Shown here one piece after another: positions 42,944 through 51,505 of a stretch of DNA of 64,000 bases. The DNA is from Candidatus Falkowbacteria bacterium RIFOXYA2_FULL_47_19. Its GTDB lineage: Bacteria; Patescibacteriota; Patescibacteriia; Patescibacteriales; UBA12075. Both the position numbers and the translations under genes were made by a program. The notes under the pieces were generated by a model. That model ran no database searches, had not been told where the DNA came from, and was given only the letters and a program-made list of their open reading frames with translations. The DNA lies in contig MFGB01000022.1 in NCBI GenBank assembly GCA_001780275.1, forward strand, positions 1,249-65,248, in the 5' to 3' direction. How positions within the stretch are numbered: the first letter of the stretch is position 1; every line of letters begins with the position of its first letter.

Positions 42944-44437
42944 TTATTTCTTTACCGCTTCGATCTCTTTTATGATCTGGCCGGCCAGATGGTCCATGTC
43001 GCGCCGCAGGGCTTTCGCGTAGTCCCGGTTTGCCCGGATATCTTCGATCATTTTTAAAAATGAGTCCATATCCTCTTTAAGGGAAATATATAAATTTCTG
43101 TACGCGGAAACACATTCGGATATACTTTGATAATCATCGTGAAAAAGGTCGTAATCGTCGGGCTCTATTGCCTGGCCTTGTTTCCGCGCCGTAATAAGAG
43201 ACCTGCACCACTGAACACTGATTTCTTTCAAGACGAAAACGACAGCCTCATATTCCTCGATTATTTTAGTCGCCTCTTCCCGCGCCGCCCTCATTTCTTC
43301 TTCCGTTTTGATTCCGCCTTTCCTGATTTTATCCGGAAAGATTTCCATATTTTGCCTTATCCGCCGAACAAGATCGTTTAAGGGAAAAATTTTCCCGGAA
43401 TATTCCTTGGCCAGCTTCTTTGCCGCAAGCAACTTCCGGACCAGTTCTTCATTTTTGTTGCGGGCGGCGGACTGTTTCGGCGAATAATCATCTTTTCCGC
43501 AGTCATGAAGAGCCGCGTCGAATTTTTCCTGATATTTTTCCAAGTCAGAGAGTTTTTCCATCTCCTGAAGGGCTTCCAGAATGTCGCCTCGCATTTCCAG
43601 CGCGTCGTCGGAATGATTCAGCCACTCCGCCAGATCCTCCATATACAAAGGAACCTGGGATTTAAGTCTTTCTTCCGTATTGGGCCTCGCCAGCAAATTA
43701 TTGTTATCGCCGTATTTTTCATCCGTAACTCCTGTCCGGCCGTTGGCGCTCGGTTCGCGCTTTTCGCTAAACAAGGCTCCCATGGCGTTCATACTGCCCG
43801 GGCGCCAGGAAAAACCGGCGCGGAAATCTTCGCTCTCATCGTCGTCATCGATCTCGTCAAAGAAAAATATTTTTATCTTTTCCGTTTCTAAAATCTCTCC
43901 GACAGCCGTTTCGGCCAGCTTCAAGGACTCGCCGGTATTTTTTATGTCATCAACGATCATAATGTTTTTGCCCCGAAGATCTCTCCATTGTTCTTTGAGC
44001 CGGAGAAAATCCGGCGTGTTTTTCAGCTCTTCGACAATTTTCTTAACCGACCTTCCGCCTCTTTTTTCCGATCCTATATTTATATACTTCATTAACGGCA
44101 CGCTTTTATCGTCTAAAACACGCTTCGCCACCCGGGAAAGCACCCAGGAAAGCGACCGGGCCGCCTTGTCCAGAAATACGCAGGCGTCTATCCGGTTCTT
44201 CTTGATGCTCGCGAGGGCCTCCTTGACTTTAGCCTTTATAAGCGCGGGCTCATGTTGGACGAGCGTCTCATATCGGATGAGATCTTCCATATTCTCCCCC
44301 TGAAATTCATCAAGTTCTTGTTCGTATATCCCGGCCGCGTCGCGCCAATCTTCGGGCTTAGAGATATCAGAATCTTCGAGGTCTTGCCTGACGTGTTCCC
44401 GGGGGCTTATAAGTTGGGCGAATTTTCTTTCGCTCAT
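42944..44437 (-). CDS. Phosphoribosyltransferase-domain protein with a long helical C-terminal region (497 aa)
   Basis: PRPP-binding loop GKNIMIVDDIKNTGESL, followed by an acidic stretch DEIDDDDESED. Confidence 0.6.
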   Translation of the reverse strand: MSERKFAQLISPREHVRQDLEDSDISKPEDWRDAAGIYEQELDEFQGENMEDLIRYETLVQHEPALIKAKVKEALASIKKNRIDACVFLDKAARSLSWVLSRVAKRVLDDKSVPLMKYINIGSEKRGGRSVKKIVEELKNTPDFLRLKEQWRDLRGKNIMIVDDIKNTGESLKLAETAVGEILETEKIKIFFFDEIDDDDESEDFRAGFSWRPGSMNAMGALFSEKREPSANGRTGVTDEKYGDNNNLLARPNTEERLKSQVPLYMEDLAEWLNHSDDALEMRGDILEALQEMEKLSDLEKYQEKFDAALHDCGKDDYSPKQSAARNKNEELVRKLLAAKKLAKEYSGKIFPLNDLVRRIRQNMEIFPDKIRKGGIKTEEEMRAAREEATKIIEEYEAVVFVLKEISVQWCRSLITARKQGQAIEPDDYDLFHDDYQSISECVSAYRNLYISLKEDMDSFLKMIEDIRANRDYAKALRRDMDHLAGQIIKEIEAVKK

Positions 44438-44759
44438 TTTGTTTTATGGTAAATATTTATATATAAATTATATCTGAAACTGCCGTTAAAATCAAAAAAG
44501 AACGTGCGCCGCGACAGTAATCGATCAAAGACCCCTCGCGACCGGAAACCGGACAATTCAAGGAACAAATTAACATATTAAAGAAGTATTTATAATTACG
44601 GGAATGATCGATCACGAACAAAGACAATAAGAATAATTGTTATAACCGGCCCCGAGCGCTCCTCGTTGCAAAGCCGAAAAATTTGCTATTCAGCGTTGCA
44701 GATTTCCTAAAATTATATTATAACGAAGTTAATTCCAAAAAAATTCGCAATTTAACAAC

Positions 44760-45602
44760 TTGAAAGTGGCGCAATTCATGAAAATGCACAAATATACGAT
44801 CAGGAACGCGCATGACCTTAGAAAAATAGCGCACCGAAGCGGTCGCTTAGGTTTCGAGAGAAAGCCCGCCTTATTGGAAAAAAACAGACGATTAGGACTT
44901 TTTGACATGCAAACGGCCATGCGGATATATTTAATCCGTAAGATTGTTAAGTTTCTTTACCGAAAAACCGGTAAATTTTTGAAAATCCTTGAATGCGGCA
45001 GCGCGGGTGATGTTTCCTGCGCCTTAGCATTACCGGGAGCCAGGGTGTATGGATTGGATATTGATTATAAAATCTTCGCCAATGAAGTTAACTGTATACC
45101 GGTCGGCGTCTGGAAAATCACAAAAGCAAAAAGACAGGTAGCATACTACGGCCAAACTAATGAAACTCATTTGGATTTTGTAAAAAAAATTCTTCCGAAT
45201 TACGGGAGGATCATCGGCGATTACGAAAAATTGCCGTTTCCCGATGAAAGCTTAGACGTGGGCTTAACGCAAGGAACTCCAGACCTGCTCTCGGATTCTA
45301 TTTTTGAGCTTTTTAGAGTAATACGAAGCGGCGGATATATAATCAATATTATTCATGAACAAATATATCCTGATCAAAAACCTTTTCTATCGTTTTATGA
45401 TACCGGCAATTATCAACATGGAAGTTGTTGGGACGAGTACGGGGCTCTTAATCCTCAAAAATATGGATTGCGGTTGAAAAAAATTGATATTCCGTCGGAA
45501 TTTAAAGAATTAGAAAGACTCAAGTCCTGGTATTCAAACTATGATTTTCATGAACAAAGAAAAGTAAATTCAGGGTTCATATTCGAGGTATTCCAAAAAT
45601 AA
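44760..45602 (+). CDS. SAM-dependent methyltransferase-like protein
   Basis: ILECGSAGDVSCALALPGARVYGLDID (motifs I/II). The start is uncertain; the internal M at MQTAMRIY is possible. Confidence 0.55.
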   Translation: MKVAQFMKMHKYTIRNAHDLRKIAHRSGRLGFERKPALLEKNRRLGLFDMQTAMRIYLIRKIVKFLYRKTGKFLKILECGSAGDVSCALALPGARVYGLDIDYKIFANEVNCIPVGVWKITKAKRQVAYYGQTNETHLDFVKKILPNYGRIIGDYEKLPFPDESLDVGLTQGTPDLLSDSIFELFRVIRSGGYIINIIHEQIYPDQKPFLSFYDTGNYQHGSCWDEYGALNPQKYGLRLKKIDIPSEFKELERLKSWYSNYDFHEQRKVNSGFIFEVFQK

Positions 45603-45617
45603 AAAAGGAGCGGCAAA

Positions 45618-45926
45618 ATGAATTATAAATTACCGGCAGACATCGAAAAAGCATTGCAGTCCGAAAGGGTGGACTCGTATATTTTAAATGACGTATACCG
45701 TCAAATTGAAGAAAAAGAAAAAGAAAAACAGGTGATCGATCTTTCGAAAATTATAATAAACTGTCTTGTTAAAGTAAAAAGAAAAAATATCCGGCTAGCA
45801 GGAAAAATCAACTCACGAATAGGAAATTCACGAATAGGTAGTTTTTGCACTCTGCAGACATCTCTGAATAAATTTCCCGACGTCGTAAACCACCCTTCCG
45901 TAATATATATTGCAGCATCAAGATAA
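45618..45926 (+). CDS. Hypothetical protein (102 aa)
   Basis: AAGGAG lies upstream. It contains a 15-nt tandem duplication (SRIGNSRIG, 45813-45840). Confidence 0.5.
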   Translation: MNYKLPADIEKALQSERVDSYILNDVYRQIEEKEKEKQVIDLSKIIINCLVKVKRKNIRLAGKINSRIGNSRIGSFCTLQTSLNKFPDVVNHPSVIYIAASR

Positions 45927-46204
45927 TAACCAACCAATAATCAAAGTATGTTTAAAAAACATACTTTTTTAATTATATTTCTTAAAACAGTAAGCCGGCC
46001 TTTTAGGCTTAAGGGGACTTTCTCGGGTTCGTTTTTTTATATAAACAAAAACACGTATTTAAACGTGTTATTTTATTGACTTTATTTAAACGGTTTGGTA
46101 TTATAAAGAACTTACGGATAGTGTTCGCGAATGTCAAAAACAAGGGGCGGCAATGGGATCGGTGACCAAAAAACAACAAGATTGTTTTTAAATTCTATCA
46201 GCCG

Positions 46205-46441
46205 ATGGAGGGAAAGATGATGAATATAGAGTGGAAAAAATATTTTGCCTGGATCCTTTTTTTAATGGGAACAGTGTCTGTCGGTAATATGCTTATCAAT
46301 TATACCGCTGGCGACTCCAACGTGCTGTTAATTACCGTCCTCGCGGATCCGACCGCGGAGAATGTCATGGAATTATTCTTTACCTTGTTGTGGCTTGCTA
46401 TGATGGCGCTCTTTTTCCGTACTTGGTATAAATGGAAATAA
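46205..46441 (+). CDS. Small 2-TM membrane protein
   Basis: A GGAGGGAAAG Shine-Dalgarno sequence. The true start is probably the ATG at 46217 or 46220. Confidence 0.55.
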   Translation: MEGKMMNIEWKKYFAWILFLMGTVSVGNMLINYTAGDSNVLLITVLADPTAENVMELFFTLLWLAMMALFFRTWYKWK

Positions 46442-46468
46442 ACAAAGCAACGGGGGTTCGGACTTAAA

Positions 46469-46768
46469 ATGGATGAAAAACTCGAGAGAGGAAGAGAAGG
46501 TTTTTTCGCGGCCTGCCGCGCGCAAGGCGCCTATGGCCTTGAAGACATACTAATACTCGTAAAAGAGAAAAAGATTCCGAAAGACGTGATAGAAAAAGCC
46601 GTCTTGGCCGGATTCGGCGGACCTTGCCTCTGGAACGCTTACCGAGCTTATTACGACGAACTCGATGAAGCCGCCAAAGCCTTGATCGATCGCAATGCCG
46701 GCCGCGATGAAGCGGTCGTAAGTTTCAAAAAAGAAGAGCTCTTTTTCTCGATTTACCGGAGCAAGTGA
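46469..46768 (+). CDS. Hypothetical protein (99 aa)
   Basis: ORF track only. Confidence 0.5.
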   Translation: MDEKLERGREGFFAACRAQGAYGLEDILILVKEKKIPKDVIEKAVLAGFGGPCLWNAYRAYYDELDEAAKALIDRNAGRDEAVVSFKKEELFFSIYRSK

Positions 46769-46924
46769 AAAAAACAAAAAATATAATGACGCCAGCCGCC
46801 TTAAAAGGCGGTTTTAAATTTGGCCATTTTTAATGATATACACAGGTATTATTAATATTATTCTTATTTTTTAAGTATATATTAAGAAAATATGAATATC
46901 TTATTATTTATTTAATATTAATTT

Positions 46925-48970
46925 ATGAAAAAAACAAAACACCTTGCGATTCTCGCGATCTTAACGCTTACCTTTGTGTCCGCCCCTCTCCGAACGGGAG
47001 CGGTTCTTATCGGTAATGCCTCCGGGGCCACTTTAAATATTACGCCCGCCGACGCCAGTTACGACGTAAATGACAACTTCACGGTCAGTATCAGCGTCAA
47101 TACGCGAGGGCAGAAGGTCGTAACGGTCGCCGCTTATCTTTTTTACGATAATACGAGCTTTTTGGCGACGAGCATCGATACCACCGGAACGGTTTTCAAC
47201 ACGGCCTTGTTCGAAAGCCTTATAGACCAGAACGCGGGAACGATCAGGATAACCGTCGGAAAACAATCTCCCGGCGTAAATTCAAATAACGCCCTGGTGG
47301 CGAAAGTTTATTTCACGGCGATCGGTCCCGCCGCTCCGGTTGCCGACAATATCGTCTTTGATTTTTCGGCCGGAGGAACGGCCGATTCCAATGTTATCAA
47401 GGATGACGGCCTGGGAACCGATATTTTAAGTGGTGTCTACGGCGCAAGGTATTCGGTCACGCCCGCCGATATGACGCCGCCGACGCTTACGCAGGTAACG
47501 GCCGTACCGTCCTCGAAAAATACCAGGCCAAGCTACACATTCAACTCGACCGAAGCCGGCACGATCAGCTACGCCGGAGACTGCTCTTCGGCGACCGCCA
47601 ACGCGACGGCGGGCAGCAATAAAATAACCTTTAACGCTCTCTCTGACGGCGTTCACGATAACTGCACTATTACGGTAACCGACGCGAACAACAACCGAAG
47701 CCAGCCCCTGACGGTCAGCCCCTTTACGATCGATACGGTAGCGCCGATACTCGCCGAAATAACGCCGGTACCCGATACGAATAATTCCGGCATCGTGACC
47801 TACGCTTTTAGTTCCACCGAAGCCGGTGTGATCAGCTATGGCGGAAACTGCCGTTCAACGTCAATGACGAACGCCGTCACTGGGGAGAATATAATAACTT
47901 TCGACCTTCTGCCGGACAGGGATCATACGAATTGCACGATCAAAGTTACGGATGCCGCCGGAAACCAAAGCCTGCCTCTGGCGGTAAATCCGTTTCTCGT
48001 CGATACGAAAGCGCCGATTCTATCCCAGGTCACGCCTGTTCCGCCGGCAACAGGTAATACCAGGCCCGGATATACTTTCAGGTCGAGTGAGGCCGGCACG
48101 ATCAGCTACGCCGGTGACTGCACCTCCCTGACGGTTAATGCCTTAAGCGGCAACAATACGGTATTTTTCGATACTTTGCCGGATGGCATCCATGATAATT
48201 GCGTAATCTACGTTACCGACACGGTCGGACACCGAAGCGAACCCCTCTTAGTCAATGCGTTCGCTATAGACACAGCCGCCCCGGTTCTCGCTGAGGTTTC
48301 GCCCGTTCCTCCCCTGACCAACGTCAATAAACCCGTTTATGTCTTTAATTCCGCCGAAGCCGGAAAAATAACTTATGCCGGAGACTGCTCTTCGCCGACA
48401 ACACAGGCGATAGCGGGCGACAACAGGATCGTGATGAATCCCCTGTCCGACGGGATCCACGGCAACTGTACGATCACGGTAACGGACGCGGCCGGCAACC
48501 GGAGCGCCCCGCTCTCCGTAAGCCCTTTTACTACCAGCACGGGAGCGCTTTCATTAAGCAATATTTCCGTTTCCCGGACCATCAACACGGCTATTATTAC
48601 CTGGAATACGGACCGGAACACAAGTTCCCGGGTCGAATACGGCCCGACGGCATCTTATGGTTCGAATACTGCCGAAGACCCGAATCTGGTAACGGCGCAT
48701 TCGGTCGAACTCTTCGGTTTAACGGGAAACACGGTCTACCATTTCCGCGTCCGCTCAAGGGACGCGGCCGGCAACGAGATCGTTTCCGGAGATCAGATTT
48801 TCAGAACCGGCTCCGTGGCCGACCTTAACGCGGACGGCTTCGTAAACATAATCGATGTCGGCATCATGATGTCTTACTGGAATTCGTCGGAACCGGCGGC
48901 TGACCTCAATCAGGACGGCACTGTCAACTCGATCGACGCGGGCATCCTCTTATCAGATTGGTCTGTCTAA
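46925..48970 (+). CDS. Secreted cohesin-like domain / 5 Ig-like repeats / FN3 / dockerin protein
   Basis: Signal peptide. Five repeats of about 90 aa (TPVP..YxFxSxEAGxISYxGDCxS..HxNCTIxVTDxAGNxSxPL). FN3-like TWNTDRNTSSRVEYG..YHFRVRSRDAAGN. C-terminal dockerin pair DLNADGFVNIIDV / DLNQDGTVNSIDA. Confidence 0.75.
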   Translation: MKKTKHLAILAILTLTFVSAPLRTGAVLIGNASGATLNITPADASYDVNDNFTVSISVNTRGQKVVTVAAYLFYDNTSFLATSIDTTGTVFNTALFESLIDQNAGTIRITVGKQSPGVNSNNALVAKVYFTAIGPAAPVADNIVFDFSAGGTADSNVIKDDGLGTDILSGVYGARYSVTPADMTPPTLTQVTAVPSSKNTRPSYTFNSTEAGTISYAGDCSSATANATAGSNKITFNALSDGVHDNCTITVTDANNNRSQPLTVSPFTIDTVAPILAEITPVPDTNNSGIVTYAFSSTEAGVISYGGNCRSTSMTNAVTGENIITFDLLPDRDHTNCTIKVTDAAGNQSLPLAVNPFLVDTKAPILSQVTPVPPATGNTRPGYTFRSSEAGTISYAGDCTSLTVNALSGNNTVFFDTLPDGIHDNCVIYVTDTVGHRSEPLLVNAFAIDTAAPVLAEVSPVPPLTNVNKPVYVFNSAEAGKITYAGDCSSPTTQAIAGDNRIVMNPLSDGIHGNCTITVTDAAGNRSAPLSVSPFTTSTGALSLSNISVSRTINTAIITWNTDRNTSSRVEYGPTASYGSNTAEDPNLVTAHSVELFGLTGNTVYHFRVRSRDAAGNEIVSGDQIFRTGSVADLNADGFVNIIDVGIMMSYWNSSEPAADLNQDGTVNSIDAGILLSDWSV

Positions 48971-48992
48971 AGGGTCCGATCGTCTTAACAAT

Positions 48993-50192
48993 ATGAAAAA
49001 AACAATGCAAACCATATTCGGGCTCGCGGCGCTTTTCCTTTTCGTCCTTTTTCCGGACTCGGCGTCGGCGCGCACCCTGGTCGGAGACGGCGGCCGGGCG
49101 ACACTCGCCATGGCGCCGGAAGGCGGAACATATTCTCTTAATGACGAATTTACCGTGAGCGTTTACGCGGACACCGGCGGAAAAAACGCGGTCGCCGTCT
49201 CCGCTTACCTGTATTACGATAAAGCCGCTTTCGGCGCCTTGGAGATAGATTCATCCGGCTCAGATTTCAGCGGAGGTTTCGAAAACGCGATAGAAACAGA
49301 CAAAGGCCGGATAAAGATCTCCAGGGCCAGGCCGACTCCGGGGGTAAATACGGACAAGGGCCTGGTGGCCAAAATAAAATTCAGAGCTATCGGCCAGACC
49401 GCTCCCGCGTCCGATAATTTCATCTTCGATTTTACCCCGGATTCGATTCTTGACTCGAACATCGTCCTGGATGACGGCCGGGGAACCGATATTTTAAGCG
49501 GCGTTTACAACGAGAAATTCGCGGTCAGCGACGAAAGTGCAGAACAGGAAAAGAACATCGCCGCCCCCCCGCCGTTTACTTATGTTCCGGAAATCGCGGA
49601 AAACCGACCGGAAAAAAAATCCGGAGCTTCAACCCTTGGCTGGGAAGACCTGATGAGCGAAGCCTACGCTGTCCATAATTATAATAATTTCACTCCGCTT
49701 ACCCGGGAAAATGTCGGGCTTTACATCGGTGTAATCCGCGGTTACGGCGGTTTGGATAATTCGGTAAAATTCCCGATTGCCCGTTATATAGAGTCTGGCA
49801 CAAAGAGTACCGCGAGGCTGGGATCGGGCGAAAGGGCGGGCACGATAAATTCATTCAAAACAGCTTTCGATAAACTGCCCGCGACGCTTGATGATTGGCG
49901 GGACGTTATCATGATAGCCAACGGCAGGTGGCCGTCGCGGATCGGCCTTAAGGCCGAAGAACGAGCCCGAGTCTCTTTCGAAAAAATTTATTTGCGCCAA
50001 CCTGATGGGAAAAACGGCCCGGATGCCAACGCGATCGCGGTGGCAGCATACGGTTTAAGGCCCGTTAAGCGCGCCATTGATTCGGAAAAATTCGCCATAG
50101 CGGCCTTTATAAGCATTTACGGCAAGAATCCGACGGATCCGACCGACTGGGACCTGGTCAGGGCGATAGCTTATTCCGGAGCGAAAAGATGA
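48993..50192 (+). CDS. Secreted cohesin-like domain protein
   Basis: The N-terminal 170 aa are paralogous to the start of 46925..48970 (ATL.M.P..G.Y..ND.FTVS.....G.K.V.V.AYL.YD...F; DILSGVY). Confidence 0.65.
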   Translation: MKKTMQTIFGLAALFLFVLFPDSASARTLVGDGGRATLAMAPEGGTYSLNDEFTVSVYADTGGKNAVAVSAYLYYDKAAFGALEIDSSGSDFSGGFENAIETDKGRIKISRARPTPGVNTDKGLVAKIKFRAIGQTAPASDNFIFDFTPDSILDSNIVLDDGRGTDILSGVYNEKFAVSDESAEQEKNIAAPPPFTYVPEIAENRPEKKSGASTLGWEDLMSEAYAVHNYNNFTPLTRENVGLYIGVIRGYGGLDNSVKFPIARYIESGTKSTARLGSGERAGTINSFKTAFDKLPATLDDWRDVIMIANGRWPSRIGLKAEERARVSFEKIYLRQPDGKNGPDANAIAVAAYGLRPVKRAIDSEKFAIAAFISIYGKNPTDPTDWDLVRAIAYSGAKR

Positions 50193-50272
50193 GCTGGCCG
50201 CAAACTAAAAAGGTCCGGATGGCCGCGGACACGGTCGGGAGTTATTACCTGAAGAACGGAAAAAATCGAATT

Positions 50273-50300
50273 AAAAAAATACACCGCCAGGTGTATTTTA
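50273..50300. terminator. Bidirectional terminator
   Basis: ATACACC-GCCA-GGTGTAT flanked by A7 and T runs. Confidence 0.75.
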
Positions 50301-50323
50301 TTTATGTAAATATAAAATAGTGT

Positions 50324-51139
50324 TTATTCCTCCGCCGGCGGCGGAACGGATATGCGATTCTGTATATCTTTGACAAGCTGGCCGAGCGCGAAAAAACCGT
50401 AAGCGAAGAAAAGGTAACTTAATCCCCAGACAAGGTCGAGATACCGATAGGGGGATAGACCCTCCATATAGGCGTCAAAATAAACGGCATATAATATATC
50501 GGGAATCAAGGTAAGTATCACGCCCATGAATATATAAAGCCAGGGGAAGAATATTTTACCGCCCCGATATTCCCAAATAATCATCAGGATGATGGCAACC
50601 AATAGTCCCAGGATCGTATCGCCTACGCCGTAAAACATGTTGATCATATTTTCAAAAATCGAAGCTTCGGCGTCATAAGCCCCGATTATCCCGTAGACTA
50701 TAGTAAAATAAAACCCGATCGCCAAGAGGGGCAGGAGAAAAAGGGCTTTTTTCGCCGTCCACTCCACTTTCCCCCGTTTTATTTCCATAAAAAAACCCGC
50801 GGCCATAAGCGGGTAGGCGATTATATAGAACAAATCCGCAATGGAAGGCGTCTGATTGATGTCGAGAATCCCGAACAAAACCCATAACACCTCGCCCAGA
50901 AGCCAGCCGGCAAGACCCAGCACAATAAGCGAAAGCGACAACCCCCGTCCGTGCCTGATATTAAAAAACCTCAGCAAAAAGACGCCGCAAACCACGGCTA
51001 TAAGCGGCGGCAGAAGATAGGATATTGTTTCCGCGCGCGCGGACAGATCTTCGTCATTAATGAGGGTATATGACGCCGCCTGGACGACAAATACCGCTGA
51101 AAGCATCAAAATAAAATAAAATTTTTTCATAACGCGCAT
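50324..51139 (-). CDS. Polytopic membrane protein (about 8 TM)
   Basis: ORF track. Hydrophobic throughout, with no motif recognised. Confidence 0.6.
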   Translation of the reverse strand: MRVMKKFYFILMLSAVFVVQAASYTLINDEDLSARAETISYLLPPLIAVVCGVFLLRFFNIRHGRGLSLSLIVLGLAGWLLGEVLWVLFGILDINQTPSIADLFYIIAYPLMAAGFFMEIKRGKVEWTAKKALFLLPLLAIGFYFTIVYGIIGAYDAEASIFENMINMFYGVGDTILGLLVAIILMIIWEYRGGKIFFPWLYIFMGVILTLIPDILYAVYFDAYMEGLSPYRYLDLVWGLSYLFFAYGFFALGQLVKDIQNRISVPPPAEE

Positions 51140-51324
51140 AAGATAGCCGTTTGTTTTTTGGCGTTGGACGGACCGACAATCTCGGAAAGCAATTCCTCAA
51201 TGGTCGCTAAAATAGCATCCTCGCTTAAGGAGCTAAAATGTTTTTCGTACATTTTTGCCGTAGAATCGCCGAAGTGGGCAGCTATAAGCCCGACGGCCCT
51301 TTTTATCAATATATCTTTATCCAT
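51127..51324 (-). CDS. Small helical protein (65 aa)
   Basis: ORF track. It overlaps the downstream membrane-protein gene by 13 nt. Confidence 0.45.
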   Translation of the reverse strand: MDKDILIKRAVGLIAAHFGDSTAKMYEKHFSSLSEDAILATIEELLSEIVGPSNAKKQTAILCAL

Positions 51325-51505
51325 AAATCCATGTTACCACTAACAATATTATAACACAAAAAATAAAATATTAAAATGAGGGATTCGGGTTTTGTTTATT
51401 GACAATAAATTTGAATAATCCCTTTTTTTGTGATAATTTTAATTTAACAATAAGCACATTTACATAAAAATATATTTTCTAAAAACGTCCGAAAAGGAGA
51501 CGGCG

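Noticed and set aside
45813-45840. The SRIGNSRIG tract in ORF 45618..45926 considered as a member of the heptamer family.
   Set aside because: The period is 15 nt (TCACGAATAGGAAAT x about 2). It is an ordinary in-frame tandem duplication and is not 7-nt phased.
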